Source: Candidatus Moraniibacteriota bacterium (lineage in GTDB: Bacteria > Patescibacteriota > Minisyncoccia > Moranbacterales > UBA11712). Taken from it: DNA of 54,090 nt. Within the stretch, counting starts at the first letter, position 1; the number at the start of each line of letters is the position of its first letter. The position numbers and the translations under genes were made by a program. The notes under the pieces are model-generated. The model saw nothing but the letters and a program-made list of their open reading frames with translations, made no database searches and was not told the origin of the DNA. The stretch lies in contig JAQUQQ010000002.1 in assembly GCA_028716005.1 (NCBI GenBank), positions 1 to 54,090 of the forward strand, read 5' to 3'. This document shows positions 45,613-53,014 of this stretch, one piece after another.

Positions 45613-45778
45613 TAAAATCCTAAATTCTAAACACTAAATCCCAAACAAATTCTCAGCCAGAGGCTGATCCGCCTTTGGTGGAAAATTATCAAAATTCAAA
45701 TGACCAAACTACTTTTGACTTTCGTCATTTCGAATTTTGATATTATTTAGGATTTCGAAATTAGGATTTAGGATTTTG
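45613..45778. mobile_element. MITE-like composite: inverted CTAAATY heptad arrays flanking a twin hairpin and an AATGAC hairpin
   Basis: Left taaaatc ctaaatt ctaaaca ctaaatc ccaaaca (45613-45647). Twin hairpin at 45653-45682. aaatgac...gtcattt. Right tatttag gatttcg aaattag gatttag gattttg (45744-45778). Confidence 0.45.
45653..45682. repeat. Twin 15-nt hairpin GC element
   Basis: tcagcc-aga-ggctga tccgcc-ttt-ggtgga. Confidence 0.85.
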
Positions 45779-45782
45779 ATAA

Positions 45783-46355
45783 CTAAAATTCAACTTTGAC
45801 CGCTCCCTTTTCGCCTTCCGCTGCTTCAAAAAACTCCCGGGCAGAGAATCCCAGCATTCCGGCAAAAATATTGTTTGGGAAGACTTGGATCTTTGTGTTG
45901 AAGTCGCGCACATTGCCGTTATAGAATCTTCGCGAGGCCTGGATTTTGTCTTCCGTATCCGCGAGTTCCCGCTGGAGCTCCAAAAAGTTCTGGTTGGCTT
46001 TGAGGTCGGGATAGTTTTCCGCAACCGCGAAAAGGCTTTTGAGGGTCTGCGAAAGCATATTTTCCGCTTGCGCCTTGTCCCCCGCGCTCTGGGCTCCCAT
46101 TGCCCTGGTTCGGGCTTCGGTCACTTTCTCAAAAACTTCCTTTTCATGGCTGGCGTATCCTTTCACCGTCGAAACCAGGTTCGGGATGAGGTCATACCGC
46201 CTTTTCAGCTGGACATCAATGTCGCTCCAAGCTTCGTCTACCCGGTTTTTGAGCCGGATGAGCCCGTTATAGACCGCAATCGCCCAAAGAACCAGGACGA
46301 CGATTATCCCCAATATTACCCACATAAACATGGATTTTTTGTTAATAATTACCAA
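45783..46355 (-). CDS. lemA: LemA family protein
   Basis: 190 aa from a TTG; the ATG at 46331 (MFMWVILG) is the more likely start. YNGLIRLKNRVDEAWSDIDVQLKRRYDLIPNLV. Confidence 0.85.
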   Translation of the reverse strand: MVIINKKSMFMWVILGIIVVLVLWAIAVYNGLIRLKNRVDEAWSDIDVQLKRRYDLIPNLVSTVKGYASHEKEVFEKVTEARTRAMGAQSAGDKAQAENMLSQTLKSLFAVAENYPDLKANQNFLELQRELADTEDKIQASRRFYNGNVRDFNTKIQVFPNNIFAGMLGFSAREFFEAAEGEKGAVKVEF

Positions 46356-46387
46356 AAAAAGCTATTTCAACTTATCTCGCGGAATTT

Positions 46388-47377
46388 TTATTTGACTTCG
46401 GCAGTGTTTTTTTCCATCGCCGCTCTTATCAATACGCGCGAGAGCGATACATTTTCTTTTATTTTATCTTCCTGATCACCCAAATAACCAACCGATGAAT
46501 TTTTGAAAACACTCAAACTAACTTTGCTGTTCTCGGCTCCGGCCACGGTCCCTGATCTGACACCGATCATTCCTTTCAGTTCATTTCTATAAACCCAGCC
46601 AAACTGGATGAGCAAAACCAATAGTAGCACCGCTGACATTGAGAAAGCAAATTTTGGAAAAAATCCCGTCCGGGAACCTGTGGAAACAAAATTTGGCGAA
46701 GAATACTCGGACCTCTTCAGCCAATTATCGATAACCGGAGAATGCGCGGTCGGCATAGGCTGGTTCTTTTTTTCTGGAAAGAATTTTTTCGCCTCAAGAA
46801 CGTTCGGAGCCGCTCTTTGAAACACTGGTTTTATGTTTCTTTTTGTTTTTAGATTAATCGTCTCAAGCTTTTTTCCCGCCACGAAAGATTTCTTGAGAAC
46901 TGGCTTGGGATTTATGATTCTCGGCGCTATAATCTTCACTTCCTCGCTTTTCGAACTTATGATTTTATTTTCCTCCTGCGCGGGATCTTTTGTCACGGGG
47001 CGGACAATCCGAAAATTTATCCTACTGTCTGCTTTCGCAATTTTTTCTTCGGACGTTTCAAGCGATTTTGTAATCTTGATTGAATGCTCCACAATTTTCT
47101 CAAGAGGCGCTGTTTCTTTCGCAATGATTTCCTTCTCCAGGCCGATTTTTTCTTTGACGGGCATCGCCGAAAAAACAAGGGGCTTTGCTTCCGCTTTTCT
47201 CGCCTCCGCGTCAGCCAAAAATTCTGAAAACCATTCCATTTTTGTATACCAGCGCTTTCCGATCCGGATTGATCCGATATCGCCGCGGCGCGCCAAAAGA
47301 CCCAAATACTCCTGGGCGTATTTTTTTTCTTTGGCAACGGCGGAAAGCAAAACGACATTTTTCTTGAAGTCCTCCAT
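46388..47377 (-). CDS. Hypothetical membrane-anchored protein with N-terminal HTH-like segment
   Basis: 329 aa. YAQEYLGLLARRGDIGSIRIGKRWYT near the N-terminus; one TM helix near the C-terminus. Confidence 0.5.
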   Translation of the reverse strand: MEDFKKNVVLLSAVAKEKKYAQEYLGLLARRGDIGSIRIGKRWYTKMEWFSEFLADAEARKAEAKPLVFSAMPVKEKIGLEKEIIAKETAPLEKIVEHSIKITKSLETSEEKIAKADSRINFRIVRPVTKDPAQEENKIISSKSEEVKIIAPRIINPKPVLKKSFVAGKKLETINLKTKRNIKPVFQRAAPNVLEAKKFFPEKKNQPMPTAHSPVIDNWLKRSEYSSPNFVSTGSRTGFFPKFAFSMSAVLLLVLLIQFGWVYRNELKGMIGVRSGTVAGAENSKVSLSVFKNSSVGYLGDQEDKIKENVSLSRVLIRAAMEKNTAEVK

Positions 47378-47432
47378 GATGAAATAATAACATAAAACGA
47401 AATTTTAGGCCACTGCCAGCAACCCGATATTC

Positions 47433-47504
47433 ACCCCGCACCACAATAAACATTGTTCCAGCCAATTATTATAAAATCAAAAATATCGGATTGTGGTGCG
47501 GGGT
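47433..47504. repeat. 15-bp GC-rich inverted repeat around a 42-nt AT-rich loop
   Basis: accccgcaccacaat (47433-47447) / attgtggtgcggggt (47490-47504). A crossing 7-bp pair ccgatat (47424-47430) / atatcgg (47483-47489) is also present. Confidence 0.75.
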
Positions 47505-47568
47505 TCCTTTCTCCTTTCATAAAAAAAGAAAATTTGCGAAAAATATGCTGTTTTGGTAAAATTCATCC

Positions 47569-48012
47569 ATGGACTGGAAAAACTATATAGTCATAATCGT
47601 TCCAATCGCCGTCGGGCTTTTCACTCAAGCTTTGAAATTTTTTCTTTATTCACTGAAGCACGGATTCAGGTGGGAATATGCCTTCACGCATGGCCACATG
47701 CCCAGCGCTCATACGGCTTTCGTCATTTCAACTCTCACGAGTATCGGCTATTTTGAAGGAACAACCTCCGGAGTTTTCGCTCTCGCTTTCATCTTTGCTT
47801 TTATTATTATTGACGATGCTGTGCGCCTCCGGGTATTTCTCGGAGACCAGGGAAGATACCTCAACATGCTGGTTGATCAGCTCCCCGTAGACAAGAAAAA
47901 ATTCCCTCGCCTGAAAGAGAGAATCGGCCATCGCATTTCCGAAGTTATTGCTGGCGGCGCTATTGGTCTTATTTTTTCATTTGTTCTGATAAAATTTCTC
48001 GAATCACTCTAG
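47569..48012 (+). CDS. Divergent PAP2 family protein (DUF212)
   Basis: 147 aa. HGHMPSAHTAFVISTLTSIG, IIIDDAVRLR. Confidence 0.75.
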   Translation: MDWKNYIVIIVPIAVGLFTQALKFFLYSLKHGFRWEYAFTHGHMPSAHTAFVISTLTSIGYFEGTTSGVFALAFIFAFIIIDDAVRLRVFLGDQGRYLNMLVDQLPVDKKKFPRLKERIGHRISEVIAGGAIGLIFSFVLIKFLESL

Positions 48013-49267
48013 GGTCGTTCCAGGGAATCCTTTTTGCGCCGACTACCATTATCTCTTCCGCCCCTTTCCCGGTGACGGCGACTATATCTCCCGACTTTGC
48101 AATCTGCAAGGCTTTTTTGATGGCTTCGCGACGATCAAATATCCGCCAGGCATTTTCGTTTTCTTTTTTGTGTTTCAAAACTCCAGCAAAAACTTCGTCA
48201 ATAATTTTTTGAGGATCTTCATTATACGGATCTTCATTGGTGACAAAACAATAGTCAGCATGTCGCGCCACAATTTCTCCCATAATCGGCCTCTTGCCCC
48301 GGTCTCTTTCTCCGCAAGAGCCAAAGACGGCGATTATTTTCGCGTTTTCTTTTTTTAGCTTGTTTATATAATTATATAATTTTTCGAGCGAATCCGGTGT
48401 CACGGCGAAATCAACAATGATTTCGAGTCCCCGGTCATTCTCAATATGCTCCATCCTGCCGGACACGCCTTTTATTTTCGCGAGAGCCTGTGAAATTTTC
48501 GGCAGCGCTATATTTTGTGAAAGTCCCACGCACGTCGCGGCCAAAGCGTTTTCGACATTAAATTCCCCCGGCAAATTAATTTGGAAGCTAGTATCTTGTA
48601 TTTGGTATTTGGTATTTTCTGTCCCTAGTTCAATGTTTTCGGAAATAATTTCGTGGAACGTATTGAACTGTGTTATGCGTTCTACGTTACGCGTTGCAAG
48701 ATGATATCCGTATTTATCTTTTACTCCATACTTTAAAAAATCCTCTGCTTTTTCCATTGCTAAATTAACCACTGTTGCTCCATTTATATTCTTCGCTGTC
48801 ATCGCAAATAGCTTTTCTTTCGCTTTCGCATACTTTTCCATCGTTTCGTGGTAATCAAGATGTTCCCGCGTTAAATTCGTTATCGCCGCCACATCGAAAT
48901 CGGTGCCCCAGACGCGGTTTTGGTCAAGTGAATGCGAAGATATTTCGAGAACGGCATAACTGCAACCCGCTTTAACGGCTTCGCTCAGATGTCTTTGCAA
49001 TCGCCAGCTGGAAAGCGTCGTAAACTTTGTGTCGTTCACCCATTCTTTTTCGCCGATCTTGAAATTTATGGTCGAGGCTACGGCGACCTTGTCGCCGGCC
49101 TCTTCCAGAATTTTGGCTATCATCTGCACCGTCGTCGTTTTGCCGTTCGTTCCCGTCACTCCTATAGCTTTCAATTTCCTTGACGGAAAACCATGCCAAA
49201 CATTCGCGAGAACCGCTTGGAAAAGATGATATATGTTTTTGACGGATTGGGGAATGATCTTTTTCAC
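47969..49267 (-). CDS. murE: Mur ligase, MurE-like (UDP-MurNAc-tripeptide synthetase)
   Basis: 432 aa. IGVTGTNGKTTT, LEISSHSLDQNRV, NLTREHLDYH, DRREAIKKAL...GKG. The 3' end overlaps the convergent PAP2 gene by 44 nt. Confidence 0.82.
   Translation of the reverse strand: MKKIIPQSVKNIYHLFQAVLANVWHGFPSRKLKAIGVTGTNGKTTTVQMIAKILEEAGDKVAVASTINFKIGEKEWVNDTKFTTLSSWRLQRHLSEAVKAGCSYAVLEISSHSLDQNRVWGTDFDVAAITNLTREHLDYHETMEKYAKAKEKLFAMTAKNINGATVVNLAMEKAEDFLKYGVKDKYGYHLATRNVERITQFNTFHEIISENIELGTENTKYQIQDTSFQINLPGEFNVENALAATCVGLSQNIALPKISQALAKIKGVSGRMEHIENDRGLEIIVDFAVTPDSLEKLYNYINKLKKENAKIIAVFGSCGERDRGKRPIMGEIVARHADYCFVTNEDPYNEDPQKIIDEVFAGVLKHKKENENAWRIFDRREAIKKALQIAKSGDIVAVTGKGAEEIMVVGAKRIPWNDPRVIREILSEQMKK
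48589..48616. repeat. Heptanucleotide array (GTAT family, 4 units) in frame inside murE
   Basis: tagtatc ttgtatt tggtatt tggtatt; translated as NTKYQIQDT. Confidence 0.85.
48670..48697. repeat. Heptanucleotide array (GCGTTAY family, 4 units) in frame inside murE
   Basis: gtgttat gcgttct acgttac gcgttgc; translated as ATRNVERITQ. Confidence 0.8.
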
Positions 49268-49343
49268 CCCGTTAGAAATAATATTTAATGATTTTATTTT
49301 CTTGTTAAATTTCTATCTCCCGTTAGTGGATTTCTAGCGAGGT

Positions 49344-50378
49344 TCACGGCTTTATTCTTCTTAGTGTTTTATATATCCAATATTTCGTGGGATTCAAGAT
49401 TATATCATAGCATCCAGGAAATTCAATAGTCCTTGTCTCCGGCGCAAAGCCGGTTTTGAATTTTGTGATTCCTGCCCAGTTTTTGTATTTAGTATTTGGT
49501 ATCTGGTATTTGGTATTTACTCCTCCGAGATCGTATTTTATACAGCCATTCTTTTTTGCATCGATAATCGTTTGCCATTGGAGAAGATACGGCGCCATCG
49601 CATCGCGATGCGCGTTATCCGACGCCCCGTGCATATACGTCGCCGTTTTTCCAAAAAACAAAACCAAGTTCGCGGCAATAATTTTCCCCTCATATTCGGC
49701 AGCATATAGTTTCAAAATTTCCGGTGGAATTGTTTCGAACATTTTTCGATAATAGTTTTCGGGATGTGCCGTAATCTTATCCCGCTGACTGGTGATTTTC
49801 ACTAGTCTCAAAAACTCTTCGATATTTTCCTGCGCTATACGTTCCACGTTATGCGTTATGCGAACGCCTTTCTTTTGAGAAAGGCGAATATTGTACCGCG
49901 TTTTCTGCTTCATTCCTGCCAAAATTTCTTCTTCGCTCTTCGAAATATCCAAAACCAATATTTCCCTCGGCTGCATATTCACCGGTGATTTTTTCATTTT
50001 TTTCTCTTTCGACAGACTTTCTTTTATCATCTCCAATCCTTCCGCGCTATTCGGCTCAACCCGAATCCAACCAACATTATTTTCTTTCGACAGACTAATT
50101 AAATTATCAAGAAAAATTTTTATTTTCCTCTCCGCGTTTTGCGTTATGCGTTTTGCGTTGTGCGTTACCGGTCCCCGTGGCACATAAAAATAATTCCCAA
50201 CAAGAGGAAGCGAATGCGCTATCGCATATGCATATATGAAAGCATTGCCATTTTCCTTTTCCTCCAGCTCAAAAGTTTTTCGACCGACACTTTCCTGAAA
50301 CTTCCGCCAATAAACTGATTGCAAAAAGCCCCCATGAGGGGAATTTTGTTGAACAAAATCAAAAAAATTCTTCTCCAT
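49344..50378 (-). CDS. femX: FemAB-family peptidoglycan bridge-forming aminoacyltransferase
   Basis: ORF 49344-50420 trimmed to the ATG at 50378 (MEKNFFDFVQQ), because the extension is encoded by a heptad array. FLQSVYWRKFQ, YMHGASDN...APYLLQW, KFKTGF. Confidence 0.8.
   Translation of the reverse strand: MEKNFFDFVQQNSPHGGFLQSVYWRKFQESVGRKTFELEEKENGNAFIYAYAIAHSLPLVGNYFYVPRGPVTHNAKRITQNAERKIKIFLDNLISLSKENNVGWIRVEPNSAEGLEMIKESLSKEKKMKKSPVNMQPREILVLDISKSEEEILAGMKQKTRYNIRLSQKKGVRITHNVERIAQENIEEFLRLVKITSQRDKITAHPENYYRKMFETIPPEILKLYAAEYEGKIIAANLVLFFGKTATYMHGASDNAHRDAMAPYLLQWQTIIDAKKNGCIKYDLGGVNTKYQIPNTKYKNWAGITKFKTGFAPETRTIEFPGCYDIILNPTKYWIYKTLRRIKP
49483..49517. repeat. Heptanucleotide array (GTAT family, 5 units) in frame inside femX
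   Basis: ttgtatt tagtatt tggtatc tggtatt tggtatt; translated as NTKYQIPNTKYK. Confidence 0.9.
49832..49866. repeat. Heptanucleotide array (GCGTTAY family, 5 units) in frame inside femX
   Basis: gcgctat acgttcc acgttat gcgttat gcgaacg; translated as RITHNVERIAQ. Confidence 0.85.
50134..50168. repeat. Heptanucleotide array (GCGTTAY family, 5 units) in frame inside femX
   Basis: gcgtttt gcgttat gcgtttt gcgttgt gcgttac; translated as VTHNAKRITQNAE. Confidence 0.9.
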
Positions 50379-50412
50379 ATACCAAATACTAGATACTAAA
50401 TACCAGATACTA
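50378..50412. repeat. Heptanucleotide array, GTAT family, 5 units, filling the ruvA-femX junction
   Basis: tatacca aatacta gatacta aatacca gatacta; the last 3 nt are the ruvA TAG, and the first nt is the last base of the femX ATG. Confidence 0.9.
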
Positions 50413-50979
50413 CTTCCCAAGATTCTTGAGCGCCGCCCGCACTCTCTCTGAAATGTCTTTTATTTTTTCTGGAACATTTTTCAAGGCTTCACGAGACTGG
50501 GTATTCGTGTATCCTAACGAAATCAGCGCTTCTATCGCTTCGGAATCGGCTTTAGCCGAACCTCCATCTTCCCCCGGAAGCTCAATGATACGATTCTTGA
50601 GTTCAAGGATCACCCGCTCGGCCGTCTTTTTTCCAACTCCCGAAACGCGCGTCAGAATCGATGAATCGCCCGATATCACCGCCGCCCGAATTGTTTTCGG
50701 CTCCGCGATGGAAAGGATTCCCATCGCAGCTTTCGGCCCGATTCCGGAAATGGAGATGAGCAGTTCAAACATTTCGAGTTCATCCAGAACCAAAAACCCG
50801 TAAAGCGACAGAGTGTCCTCGCGAACATAGGTATGGGTGTATAATTCTATTTCCTCTTTCCCGGCGATTTTCCCCATTGTAAAATCAGTGACGAATATCT
50901 TGTATCCGACTCCGGAAACGTCCACGATGACGTAGCTGTCGCGAAAAAAAGCGATTTTTCCTGTTATTTTGGCAATCAT
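50410..50979 (-). CDS. ruvA: Holliday junction DNA helicase subunit RuvA
   Basis: 189 aa. MIAKITGKI..., two HhH motifs (ISGIGPKAAMGIL, VSGVGKKTAERV). Confidence 0.92.
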   Translation of the reverse strand: MIAKITGKIAFFRDSYVIVDVSGVGYKIFVTDFTMGKIAGKEEIELYTHTYVREDTLSLYGFLVLDELEMFELLISISGIGPKAAMGILSIAEPKTIRAAVISGDSSILTRVSGVGKKTAERVILELKNRIIELPGEDGGSAKADSEAIEALISLGYTNTQSREALKNVPEKIKDISERVRAALKNLGK

Positions 50980-50983
50980 ATGT

Positions 50984-51018
50984 TTGTATCTAGTATATAG
51001 TATCTGGTATTTGGTATA
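50984..51018. repeat. Heptanucleotide array, GTAT family, 5 units
   Basis: ttgtatc tagtata tagtatc tggtatt tggtata; begins 5 nt upstream of the ruvA ATG. Confidence 0.88.
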
Positions 51019-51120
51019 TTTTTACAATACCTCGCGACTATTTACAAAAATAACTAACTGTGTTAGAAATATAGAGTGTTTTCAACCATTTTAAATTTTC
51101 AATTGTAATTTTTAATTTTT

Positions 51121-51150
51121 TCAGCCAAAGGCTGATCCGCCTCGGGAGGA
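51121..51150. repeat. Twin 15-nt hairpin GC element
   Basis: tcagcc-aaa-ggctga tccgcc-tcg-ggagga; lies between the divergent ruvA and rpsT. Confidence 0.85.
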
Positions 51151-51183
51151 CATTTTAAATTTTACACTTGAGCGATAGCGAAC

Positions 51184-51450
51184 ATGCCAATCAAGCAGAG
51201 TGCGAAGAAGTATCTGCGCGCCTCAACAAAACGGACCGCGCAAAATCTTTCGATCAAAAAAGATTTCCGAGACGCGGCGAAGAAACTCAACGAACTCGCG
51301 AAAGCCGGAAAAATTGAGGATGCCAAAAAAATGTTCCCGACCGTCCAGAAAGCCCTCGACAAAGCCGCCAAAGTCGGCGTCATCGCCAAAAACACCGCCG
51401 CCCGAAAAAAATCGCGGTTGGTGAAGATGATGAAAAAAGCAACGAAATAG
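51184..51450 (+). CDS. rpsT: 30S ribosomal protein S20
   Basis: 88 aa. MPIKQSAKKYLRASTKRTAQNLSIKK... Confidence 0.92.
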   Translation: MPIKQSAKKYLRASTKRTAQNLSIKKDFRDAAKKLNELAKAGKIEDAKKMFPTVQKALDKAAKVGVIAKNTAARKKSRLVKMMKKATK

Positions 51451-51466
51451 TTTGTCCGGATATTGA

Positions 51467-51496
51467 AAAGCCCCGACGTATGCCGGGGCTTTTTTT
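51467..51496. terminator. Bidirectional terminator
   Basis: aaaagccccg-8 nt-cggggctttttt; the GNAT TAA stop lies in the T-run. Confidence 0.85.
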
Positions 51497-51944
51497 ACTT
51501 CTTCTTCAATTTCCTTCTATAAACGCTCGTATCTCTTCTATCAAATTTCAGTTTTTTATAAAATTTATGGGATTCGGCACGATCATTACGACTGGAGAGA
51601 TCAACGTGCTTGGCGCCGTTTTTCTTGGCCCGGGATATCATATGGCTTATTATTCTCTTCCCGTGCCCTTTTCTTCGATGTTCCGGACAAACAACGACAT
51701 CTTCAATCCATGCCGATTTTTTTACAAGAGTTTCAAAATAGTGAAGGCTTCCCATGCCAATTATATCTTTTCCAAACTCCAACAGATATATCTCTAAAAG
51801 ATGGTTATTCAATAACTCCCGAAATCTCTTCTTGTTGACTGTATAATTGTTTGGTGATAAATGCCCTAACAAATTATTGATTGAGCTAATCAACTCATTC
51901 GTCAGTTCCGCATTTCTCTGAATTTTATATATCTTGTGTTTCAT
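51495..51944 (-). CDS. GNAT family N-acetyltransferase
   Basis: 149 aa. VVVCPEHRRKGHGKRIISHMISRAKKNG. Confidence 0.85.
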   Translation of the reverse strand: MKHKIYKIQRNAELTNELISSINNLLGHLSPNNYTVNKKRFRELLNNHLLEIYLLEFGKDIIGMGSLHYFETLVKKSAWIEDVVVCPEHRRKGHGKRIISHMISRAKKNGAKHVDLSSRNDRAESHKFYKKLKFDRRDTSVYRRKLKKK

Positions 51945-51975
51945 TTTGCGTTATGCGTTATTTGTTGCGCGGATC
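51941..51975. repeat. Heptanucleotide array, GCGTTAY family (degenerate ends), 5 units, filling the holA-GNAT junction
   Basis: tcatttt gcgttat gcgttat ttgttgc gcggatc; GNAT ATG at 51942-51944, holA TGA at 51974-51976. Confidence 0.65.
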
Positions 51976-52960
51976 AAACTCCCGCAATGAACTTATCCAG
52001 CGCCAATCCAACCTCAACTTTTCCCGTTTTCGCTTCGAAATCAATTTTGCAGAGATTGTTATACAACTTTTTTAGCTCGGCCAGCGAGAAATTTCTCCCT
52101 TGCTCGACGCTTTTTCGGGCGACATAAGGATGAATCTTGAGCTTGGCGGAAATTTCATGCGGCGGCGCGTTTTTTTCCGCAAGCGGTTTCACTTTGAGAA
52201 GGTTCCGGAACTGGAAAAAATACATTGAAAGAAGATAATAGGGATCTTCACCCGCCTCGAGATGATCGTGGAGCAGTTTCACGGCTGATTTTTTGTCTCC
52301 GCGGGCCATCGCGTCGATTGTTTCGAAAATATCCGTGTCAATTTTCGATTTCACGAGAAGTTCGACATCTTCTTCGGAAATTTCTCCTTTGCCCCTGAAG
52401 GCAACCAATTTTTCGATTTCTTTTGAGAGAAGCGCGAGATTGTTCCCGACAAAAATTGAAAGTTTCCCGGCGGCTTTTGGGCTGATGGATACTTTGTCTT
52501 CCCCAACTTGCCCGCCGAAGCCTTGGCAAAGGCGGGTCTCTTCAATCACCCAACTTTTCAGTTTCACTCCATCCAAAAGGCCGAACTCCTGTTTTTTCGA
52601 TTTTTCAAGAAGAAATTTCGTCAGCTTCAATTTTTTGTCGATTTTTTCTTTTTCCCAAAATACGAAGGTGAGATCTTTCATTTCTCCCTTTTCCGCCTTT
52701 TTTAGAAAACCGAGAAGCTCCAAATCTTGCGCCGCTGTTTTATTTTGAAGAATGTTTTTCACGATTGCCAATTTTTTGTTCGAAAACAATCCACCCGAAG
52801 AAAGCTTGATGAGCATTTCATTGATTTTTTCTGTCGGTTCGGCAAAGTCAAAAACAAAAAGGGTGCTGCCCTCTTTGTAATTTTGGAGAAATTTGTCTTT
52901 TACCTCGGCGAGTTTCCGGTTCGATCGAAATTCATCCTCGCCATATAGAAAAATTATCAT
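51974..52960 (-). CDS. holA: DNA polymerase III delta subunit
   Basis: 328 aa. MIIFLYGEDEF..., overall HolA-like layout; weak family, called by pattern. Confidence 0.72.
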   Translation of the reverse strand: MIIFLYGEDEFRSNRKLAEVKDKFLQNYKEGSTLFVFDFAEPTEKINEMLIKLSSGGLFSNKKLAIVKNILQNKTAAQDLELLGFLKKAEKGEMKDLTFVFWEKEKIDKKLKLTKFLLEKSKKQEFGLLDGVKLKSWVIEETRLCQGFGGQVGEDKVSISPKAAGKLSIFVGNNLALLSKEIEKLVAFRGKGEISEEDVELLVKSKIDTDIFETIDAMARGDKKSAVKLLHDHLEAGEDPYYLLSMYFFQFRNLLKVKPLAEKNAPPHEISAKLKIHPYVARKSVEQGRNFSLAELKKLYNNLCKIDFEAKTGKVEVGLALDKFIAGV

Positions 52961-53014
52961 GGAACGTGAAATGCTGAACCCAAAGCGCCAATGATTTTAT
53001 TTTTGGTTATGTTT

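Noticed and set aside
50379-50420. femX extension MGSSIWYLVSSIWY, and dnaG extension MRHANS (33090-33107)
   Set aside because: Both are encoded purely by heptad arrays upstream of good ATG codons. The dnaG extension starts at GTG, and the femX extension overlaps the ruvA stop.
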